IMG/VR virus record: IMGVR_UViG_3300045988_071280
DNA from: a virus
Length of the DNA stretch: 64,000 bases
Reading direction: 5' to 3' (one strand)
The notes under the pieces were generated by a model, which saw only the letters and a program-made list of their open reading frames with translations, did no database searches and had not been told where the DNA came from. Of this stretch, positions 1 to 9,200 are shown one piece after another. The translations under genes were made by a program, and so were the position numbers. Positions within the stretch are counted from its first letter, which is position 1. Every line of letters starts with the position of its first letter.

Positions 1-3000
1 CCCATCTTTTTCTAATATCATCATTCCATCTCTACCAATCCAATTTTTTAGAGAAGGAATATCTTTTAAGAATTTAAATACTTTAGTATCTACTTCAATA
101 CCTTTAGATTTTAAATCTTTTTTAAATATTTCTCTTGATCTGTTTATAAAATCCTTGTAATAAGAATCATCTGTAGTAGATACTTGATAGATATTAGCCA
201 TATTTTCTATAAATGGATTTAATCTAAATACGCTATTACCTTTAGACATTTCCACTTTAGAATAATGAACTTCTTCTATAAATTTAAAATTAGGATCTTC
301 TAAACTTAATTCTCTAGCTATTTGAGAGACTTCCTTCCATCTAGTAGATAAGAGATTATTTATTGCGATAATATTATTATTTATAATCTCAGCTTTTTCT
401 TTCTTATTTTTAATTTTAGGTATAGAATCTAATAAAGAAACACCTAATCTTTCACCTATTTTATAATAAGATTTAAATAAATTTGATAATAGATTAGTAT
501 AATAAATCTGCTGACTATTAAAATTCTCTACTTCTATCTGAGTAGCAGATGCAGATTTAATATTCTTCCCATCAAATTTAATATCCTTAGATATTTTAAT
601 AAGAGATTGATTAGATTTATCTGCATATACAGTTGGAAGAAATTCTATATAATCAATTTGATCATCCATTAGATTTTTGAAATAATCTAATATTATAGAT
701 GATACTCCGTACTCAGAAACATTGAATTTATTCTTTTGTACTGTTGTTCCATTTGGAGATATAAATTCTGTTTTTAATCCAATTCCTTTTAAATATTCTG
801 GATTATTATAGAATATATTAGATTCGAATATATTAGATATATTAGAATGTTTTCTAACATTATTCTGATAATCTTTAGTAGTATATATAAACTCGTGTAT
901 GTTTTTAACTAAATTCATCAATCCTATAGATGGTACATTATCTCCGTCAGAGTTTTTATATGTACTTGGACTAGCTTCTCTATTTAATAAATTTATAGAA
1001 CTAACTGCGGCTTTAAATACACTTGATCTATCTCCTTTAGAATTTAAATTAACCTTTAATCTTGGTCTAGTTTTACTTGATGTAAAGAATTTATTAAAAG
1101 TAATATCCTTCATTGTTTTAAATTCTGGGAAGGATTTTTTTACTTTAGATTTAAATTCTCCTGGAGTAAGATTAACTTTATTAGAATCATATTCTTTATA
1201 TATAGAATCTAGAGTATCAATTGTTTTAAGTGTTCTATATAATAATCCCAAAAGATCTCCTTTTAGATTAGATTCGGATTCCGTTCTATATTGTGATTTT
1301 AATATAGAATATAATTGCCCAGAACTATTTATAAATGGAAGATCTGTGGATAACTGTAATAACTCTAACAACCTAAACCCATTCATAATAGATTCTGATA
1401 AAGTTTTGCCATTTATAATCGCACTAACTTGTTCTGGATTTGGGATTGTAATACTATCTAATAATTCTTTATTTAAATCTTTTCCAGTTATAGCATCTTC
1501 GTTAGCAATATTTAAATGATCATTAATAAATAATGTTCTAGATCCGATGGTAATAGAAATAGAATCATCTAAGACCTTAACTCTAAATTTATTTCGTAAT
1601 ACATTTAAAATAGTATTATCATAATCACCATTTCTAGCTATAGAATCAACGTATTCAGTTAAATTTCTTTCTTGTCTAAATAAAGAGGATTCATAAGTTA
1701 GATTTGAGAATGTATTTACTTCATACTCCCCACTCTCTGAATTATATTCATATGATATATATTCTGATCCATCCTGTTTATTCATATAGGCTAAGATATC
1801 CAAGAAATAGTTAAAACTTAAATCTCCTTGGTTATCTTTAATTATATTATATAAAGATTTAGCTTCTGGAGTAGAGTCGAAGATATATTTATATATAGAT
1901 AATAATGCCTTTTTGGTATCTAAATTAAAGTCTAAATTCTTCTTAAATTTATTTATTTTTGAGGGATCAGTTTTTCCATCCGTAACAAATAAGGAATTAA
2001 AAAATTCTATATAAGCTACTGTAGGATTTAATTTACCTAATTTTAATGAATTATATTTATTAGAAGATTTAATAACAGGATCTCCGATTCTAGATATGGC
2101 ATTATTAAATTCATTGACTGTCATATAAGATATTCCATCCCATTTCCCATCAGAATCTAATAAAGGAATATTTTGTATAATGGCTTTAGTTAAACTAGTA
2201 GTCTCTCTATTTATATCGGAATCCTCATTAACTCTAAAATGTTGTCTTAATGCATTTTTAGTAAATGGAAGATATTTAATTTCATTTCTATTAGTAGATT
2301 TAATTCCTAATTTAAATGGATCTATTGAAATTAATCCGTCTGTTAATAATACTATTAAATTATCAAAATTCTCTAAAGTTACTAAAGCGTTATATGCATT
2401 TAGATAATCTTGATTAGATTTAGATAAAGGAGTGTATAGAATATTATTGATTGAATTTAATTTTGATGTAGGATTATGTTGATCATAATATTCATTTAAT
2501 CTAGATATAATAGTAGTAAATTCTGTAATATTAAAAGATCCATCCTGATTATATAAAGGAATGATATCTTTTTCTCCTAAAAATTTTGTTATATGATTAA
2601 ATAATATTTGTTTATATTCTGCAATATTATTATTTAATTCTGAATAAGTTTGAACAATTTTTCCAGAATCCAGATTTAGAAAAGAATTTTTAAATATCTC
2701 CCTTTTAAATGTAGAAACAAATCTATTATATAAACTATTATTATTTTGAAATTTAGTAATTAAATCTCTATTAGTCTTTATTTCTTCGTTATAGGTAACG
2801 TTTTTCCTACTTCTATTTAATTGTTCTACATATTCCTTCGTAGCTAAATCTCTATCCTCCTCCGTCACAGATTCATCTTCTTCTACAGTCTTTACTTCAT
2901 TCTCTAATGTAGTTACTAGAGGATCTGGATTTTTATATTCTTCCGGAGGTAAAGTTTTTTCTATATTCTTAGTTAAAATTTTATCTAAGGAATTATTAAG

Positions 3001-3222
3001 TATTGTATTTAATTCCGTATTATAGGAAAATAATCTTATATATTCCTTTATTGCATCTACTAAATTTTCATCAGAATCAATGATAAAATCTTTTTGCAGA
3101 GAATTTTTAATATTCTGAAATTGTTGATCTGAAATAGTATCTCCCTGAAAATTAATCCAGGGAGATAGGTTTATTAAAAATTCTGGGCTTCTAGTGTTTG
3201 AATCAAAAAATTTACAAGCCAT
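1..3222 (-). CDS. giant virion-associated protein, N-terminal 1074 codons (ORF continues past the left edge)
   Basis: ATG at 3222-3220 (MACKFFDSNTRSPEF...), 2 nt after the stop of the 2935-aa ORF. No tta/cta/tca triplets in the minus-strand frame in the stretches I checked (1-360, 1501-1560, 3181-3222). It is missing from the track only because it has no in-window stop. Track ORFs 899-1519 and 2180-2407 are antisense shadows. Confidence 0.7.
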   Translation of the reverse strand, partial: MACKFFDSNTRSPEFLINLSPWINFQGDTISDQQFQNIKNSLQKDFIIDSDENLVDAIKEYIRLFSYNTELNTILNNSLDKILTKNIEKTLPPEEYKNPDPLVTTLENEVKTVEEDESVTEEDRDLATKEYVEQLNRSRKNVTYNEEIKTNRDLITKFQNNNSLYNRFVSTFKREIFKNSFLNLDSGKIVQTYSELNNNIAEYKQILFNHITKFLGEKDIIPLYNQDGSFNITEFTTIISRLNEYYDQHNPTSKLNSINNILYTPLSKSNQDYLNAYNALVTLENFDNLIVLLTDGLISIDPFKLGIKSTNRNEIKYLPFTKNALRQHFRVNEDSDINRETTSLTKAIIQNIPLLDSDGKWDGISYMTVNEFNNAISRIGDPVIKSSNKYNSLKLGKLNPTVAYIEFFNSLFVTDGKTDPSKINKFKKNLDFNLDTKKALLSIYKYIFDSTPEAKSLYNIIKDNQGDLSFNYFLDILAYMNKQDGSEYISYEYNSESGEYEVNTFSNLTYESSLFRQERNLTEYVDSIARNGDYDNTILNVLRNKFRVKVLDDSISITIGSRTLFINDHLNIANEDAITGKDLNKELLDSITIPNPEQVSAIINGKTLSESIMNGFRLLELLQLSTDLPFINSSGQLYSILKSQYRTESESNLKGDLLGLLYRTLKTIDTLDSIYKEYDSNKVNLTPGEFKSKVKKSFPEFKTMKDITFNKFFTSSKTRPRLKVNLNSKGDRSSVFKAAVSSINLLNREASPSTYKNSDGDNVPSIGLMNLVKNIHEFIYTTKDYQNNVRKHSNISNIFESNIFYNNPEYLKGIGLKTEFISPNGTTVQKNKFNVSEYGVSSIILDYFKNLMDDQIDYIEFLPTVYADKSNQSLIKISKDIKFDGKNIKSASATQIEVENFNSQQIYYTNLLSNLFKSYYKIGERLGVSLLDSIPKIKNKKEKAEIINNNIIAINNLLSTRWKEVSQIARELSLEDPNFKFIEEVHYSKVEMSKGNSVFRLNPFIENMANIYQVSTTDDSYYKDFINRSREIFKKDLKSKGIEVDTKVFKFLKDIPSLKNWIGRDGMMILEKDG

Positions 3223-3224
3223 AT

Positions 3225-6200
3225 TTAACAAATATTATATTTACTTCTTATCTTATTTATATCAGATAGTATTGTTTGTATATTTATATTAGATAAAATT
3301 AAATTTACTGTATCAGGGGTGATTTCAGATTTAGTTACATAGTTTATTAATAAATTATTATTATCATAAGTCAATAATACTTTTGTTATATTTTTTAACA
3401 TTTCTAAATCTTTAGGATCTGATACCACATCAAACATTTTCCCGAATGTCTGTGACAAAGATATATTATTTTCCTCAGAAATACTATCGTTTTGTTCTAT
3501 ATTTTCTATAGGTCTTGAATATATCTTTAATTCATTATTTTTATATTCTATATAATCTACTTCTGATATTTCGTCTACTTTTACAGGCTGAGTTTTTAAT
3601 ATAGTATTTACTACATCTATAGTGGAATTTATATTACTCTCCACATCTCTATCCATCGAACCTGTTATAGTTGCTAAGGAGATATTATTAACAAGTAGAT
3701 AATTTAAATCTATATTAGAAGTTGATAATTTATCTTTTATATTATTATATAATTCTGCTCTATAAACTTCTTTACTCTTTTGTTTTTCAACATCTTTATT
3801 AGATACCTCTCTATTATTATTCTCTACTCTTGCGATTCCGAAATCATTTGGAGAGGCTAAATCCTTAGATGGTTGAAATACAAATTGTGGAGTTTGAATA
3901 TCTCTATCTATATAATATTGTCCTTCTGGATTTCTTGCTTCATAAAAATATTCCCCTCCAGTATAATCAGTTTTCTTATCCGTTAATTCATAAACAGGAA
4001 ATGGGAAGATTCCGTTTTTAAATAAAGGATTATAATTAGGAGCTTCTACAGAACTAATGCTTCCGTCAGGTTGTTTATAATTTCTTCTTCCTAACATAGC
4101 AAATTCCATAAAATCAATTATATCTAAATCGGTAATTCCATCTTCTTTGTTCCAGTCTTGGAATATTCCCCCATTTTCCTCATTTATAATTGGAGAAGAT
4201 ACTAATAATTCAGGATGGAGTCTTTGATTTATTTTAAATTCTATAATCTTATTTATGAATTTAAGTACATCATTCCCATTAATAGAAGAAGAGTAATTCT
4301 CCATTTTCTTAATCTCTTCTGGAGTAGTTTCTATATGTAATCTCTCCATTATCCTCAGAACATGAGGTAGTCCAAATTTAACTTTGGCACTAGGAAGATC
4401 AAATGGGTTTTCCGCATTTCCTTCTTTAGTTGAAAGTGAGGATAGAGAATTAAATAATTTCTCAGCAATTTTGATATGTTTAGAGTCTGGCTTCCCATTA
4501 GCTTTTAAATAATTATAATAATTATATATAGATAACAATGTATCAAATCCTATAAAATCTCCAAAGTAAGATTTATAAAATTTACCATTATATTTAGCTA
4601 CTCCAGAATTCTTTTTATATGAATTTATAAATTCTCTATATTTAGATATAAAGGATTGAAATGTTTGTCCTTCCGGATTTAAAATGATCATTCTAATTTT
4701 ATCTCTTCTATCTGGATCATTATCATATTTTCCATTCATTTGGTCTATGTAATAATCTCCATACTGATCTTCTGAGATAATATTATCATCCTCATCAAAT
4801 ATATATTTACTATGTGTAGCAAATACTACTGCTTTGCCTTTGATATTATTCTTATTTATTTCAGCATTTAATCTCTCAGATTTAGATTTTAATATAGGTT
4901 CTAATCTAGATTTTTGAGTAGTATCTGCTTTATTATATTCTTCTAAAGTTTCATAATAATCATTATATAGAGTATTTAATCTCTCGTTACGTTGAATTAA
5001 TAACTCATTCCGATTAGATTTACCGTATCTAGTATTAGTTACTATATAAGGTTTGGAGAAGTAAATTCCTCTAAATTCGGATTCTTTAGATTCAAATGGA
5101 ACATGTGCAAATTTTTTCTTATCTGATCCTTTATATATAATACTATTAGTAATTCGTTCTAATTCGAAATCATCTCTAAGCTGGAAGTATTTATTAGATT
5201 TTCCACTTTCATCCAAAATGAAACTATTCATTACTTGTCCATAGAATTTTTGATATTCTACAAACCATGCTTTAGAAGCTCTTTGTTCTGGAGTATCAGA
5301 ATCTTTAATTCTAAAAGATTCATTATTAATATTTGGTAATTCTACTATATAAAGCTCTACAGTATTCTCTTCTGTAGAAGAATTTAATATAGGAATTTCA
5401 TATATAATTCTAATAACAGAATCTTCTTTTCCTATAGATTTATTAAAATATTTAGTTGCTTTTAATACAAACTTCCCGTTAGATAAATCTAATGTTCCAG
5501 TATTTCCAGATATGTCATTATATAAATTAGATAAATCTTGTTCAATATTATAATCTTTAAATAATTTATTTCTTCTGGATTTTGTGTAATTATATAATAT
5601 ACTCTTTACTTCTAATATCTTTTCATCAACTCTTTCGAATTGTGTAGGATTTAAGCCATCAATTTCTCCATTAAAGAATGCTCTATGTTCACTATTTGAA
5701 TCTAATCTTAGCATTATAGCGGAATCTTTAATGCTATAAGTAGTTATATCACCATTAATTTCTGCTTTAGGTTTAATTCTTGTTCTATAAGAATAACATA
5801 TAAAACTATCAGGAGAATGTTTCTCTGTTTTAGATTCTATTCTTTCTAATTGTTGAATTTCTCTATTAGCTTCTGGAGAATCACTAAATGCAGCGTCTAA
5901 AACTTTTCCTAATTCTACATTAGGCTGACGTGTTGAGATTGATGTAGTAGAAGATTCTTTCTTTTGAGGTTCTATAGTTTTATTCTCTAACGAAGAATTA
6001 AGAGCTTTCAATCTTAATTCTGAGAAAGATTTAGCAGCTTCATTATTTAATATAGAGGATTGTGTATAACTAATTCTTTCAGATCCTTTAGTAAGTTTAG
6101 TAGTTAACCCATTATTTATAATAATAGTACCTTCTTTAGATCTAGTTATAGCAGTATATAAATCTCTAGTAGCTTTTTCTACAAATTCTCCATGAGATCC

Positions 6201-9200
6201 GAAATTAAATTTCTTATCTACTATAAAGTATTTAGCTTCTGAACCTTGTACTTCTTCAAGTTTAAATTTCCTTATTTTTCCAGGATTCTTTTTTATATAA
6301 GTATCTATTAGCTTATATGTATCAGAATTTACATCATCATATATAAATCCTACTGGCTCTTCTGAGTCACGAACTAATTTATCTAAATCAAAGGTAGAAA
6401 TAGATCCAACAATTTTATCTCCGGAGAGTTTTACGTCATCTTCATAATATTTTAGACTAGGTATGTTCTCATAGTTAGATAACGCTATTTTTATTCCCTC
6501 TTCTAAATTAAATTCTCCTGTAGTATAGTAATTATCTACATTTCTAACTCTATCAGTTAATACTCTTAAAGAATCTAAGTTATCTTTTTTATGGATATTA
6601 GTAATTCTTAAAGATGTAGCTAAAGTAGGTGTGTATATTAAATTAGTATCTACATCTATCCCTAAATACGCTCCATCACTTCCAGCATAACCAGATTGTA
6701 ATAAATCACCGGAAGTAATTAATATCTTATCATTTTGTTGAGCCCATGAAGATAATAATTCTAATTCAAATTTAGATAATTGTGTAACTTCATCAATAAA
6801 TATCAATCTCTGATCTTGGAATATTCCAGATTTAAAATTAGAAGGAGTTAAATATTTAGGGTTTATTCTAACAACTAATTCCTTGTCTTGAGTTTCTAGT
6901 ATATCTATAACTCTCTCATTCTCTGGAATGGTTTTAGATTGAGAATCATTAAACTGTTTCTTGGCCTTTTCTATTATTTCTGGGGATACTAAAATAGAAT
7001 TTAATAACATATCAGCAGTAATTGCTGTTAGTTTTTTATTCTTAATAGCATCATTTATAGTATTTAATCCTTCCGTTTCAGAATAAGATTCTCCAGTAAT
7101 TGAATTTAATAAATTAACTGTTTGTTGTACCTTAGGTCCAGATATAACAGCACCTTGTTCTCCCAATAATTTATTAGCTAATTTAAATACTAAAGAATCA
7201 ACACCAGTAGTCTTACCTACTCCTGGAGCTCCATTTATAAATACTGTATTTTGTAGTCTAGATATATAATTCTTATATTTATCTCTAAGTGCTGGATTTG
7301 TAATACTATTCTCAAACTCCTTAGTTAACTCGGTAGAGTTGTTCATGAAGTTTATATCTATAATACAAGCTAACGCAATCCTTGCAGCATATTCTTGAGA
7401 AAATATAGGAATTATAAGTTGTTTATCTGATCCCAAGGATTCATTCACTATATCTCTTAATGCATTATTAAATGTAGATGCTTTTGTGGTTAATATAGTA
7501 TGATAATAGATAAATAAATCGGAGGGAGACATCTCAGTTATTTCAGAATTTAAAGAAGCCGGATTATTATAAGCTTCTTTCATTAATTTAGAATAATCAT
7601 AATTCTGAAATAATTTAGATATTAAATGTTCTTTAGATACTGTATTATTTTTAGATAACTTAGTAGCATTATCATAAATTCTATCTTCTACTTCTAGAAT
7701 AAGTTTCTCTAATGAAATATATTCTTCATCGGTTAAATCTGAATTATTTAAACTATCTAAATTATAATTAGATAATATATCATCCACTCCTTCAAATAAT
7801 TCAGGAGCTCTATTTTTAAATAATTTATCTTGATAATTCTTTATAAGAGCTTGTCTAGTTTTTATAGCTGTAAGCTTATGCTCTTTAAGTTTATTACCTT
7901 TATTTTGCTCAGATAATTTTTTATAAAATCCTAATTTATTCTTTATCCTCTCTAATTCTTGTATAACTTCAAACGCGGAATTAGATTCTATTTCTGGAAG
8001 TTTTTCTGATACTCCTAATTTTTCTCTTATATAATTTAAAGTAGAATTAAATCCATATCCCCCATTTTCAATAGTAGAAGATTGCATCGAAGATACTACT
8101 GATTGTAGTGCATTAATCACATTTATCGCAGTATCAAGTTGTTCTAATTTAACTTTTCCTTGCAAGACATAATCAGAAAGTGTATTAGTAGATTTTAATA
8201 AATCACTTTCATTTGATAATAATTCAAAGATATTAATATTTCCAGTAGATTCATCTATATTTAAATATATCTCAGATAATAAAGTATTTAAAGGATTCTC
8301 TACTAACTGAGAAGAATCTATCGAAGCTTCTGATAAAATATTTATTTCTGATAAAGATGATTTTGTTTTAGATTTATTTGAATCATTTATACTTTCTATA
8401 ATGATCCTTTTCTCTACATCATTTAAATTAGAATTTTTTAATAAATTCGCTACTTCAAACCAATCTTTTACGTTTTTTAACTCCTCCGATATTAGTAGTA
8501 TTTCCTCTAAATTATTAACTCCAATTTCTTCAAATCCCTCTTTTAAAGCAGCTTGAAAATCCGGAGATTGGGATTTTATATTTTGTAAATCATAATTAAC
8601 TAATTCCCCAAGACTCTCATCCACATAAGATAAAAGATTAGATACATAAGAAGAGTAATCTAATTCTACTTTATTATCAGATTTTAAATATGTTTTTATA
8701 TAAGAATATAAATCTTTAGTCAATTCTATTCCCTCATTTCTAGCACTTTCAATTAAATTCATCATTGATCTAGTTCTAAGTTGGGGAATTAGATTAAACT
8801 GTAATAATCCAGATAAATTAATAAGAATCTTTCTAATATTAGATATCGCTTCCTCTGGAGAATTTAAATTAGGAAGATTTAAATTATCTTGTATATAAGA
8901 TTTAACTACAGAATTAGAAACGTTCTCATTTAAAAATTCTTCTATAGATTCTCTTATTACGAAATTTTTATCTAAAGTAGGATTCGAGTTTAATTTATTG
9001 TTAATAGAATTAGATAAGGTATCTATTTTCTGATCTATATTAAATATTGTATCAAATATATTAGATATAAATTCTCCAGAATTCTTATATGTAGAGAAAA
9101 TACTACCTACATCAATTCCAGATCCATCCTGATTTATTGAATTAAAGAAGTTTTTAATTATATTCTGAGTATTTATATCAGATAAATCCGTATTTCTGTA

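Noticed and set aside
940-970. NSDGD in the left-edge giant ORF and DNDGE in the 2935-aa ORF, considered as possible virion RNA polymerase DxDGD metal-binding motifs.
   Set aside because: Neither matches D-x-D-G-D and no surrounding double-psi beta-barrel signature is recognisable by eye. An RNA polymerase call is therefore not made for either ORF.
899-1519. Plus-strand track ORFs: 899-1519, 2180-2407, 10303-10506, 19501-19740, 33705-33890, 35225-35446, 38580-38795, 39308-39505, 41956-42210, 42646-42837, 42974-43180, 47294-47479, 48859-49074, 49711-49899, 49839-50090, 52233-52439, 52670-52954, 54271-54474, 58648-58851, 58655-58837, 59000-59275, 61332-61532.
   Set aside because: All lie antisense to much longer minus-strand ORFs or inside introns. 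Their products are low-complexity and hydrophobic (L/I/F/S-rich), as expected from the reverse complement of AT-rich coding DNA. No gene context supports them.
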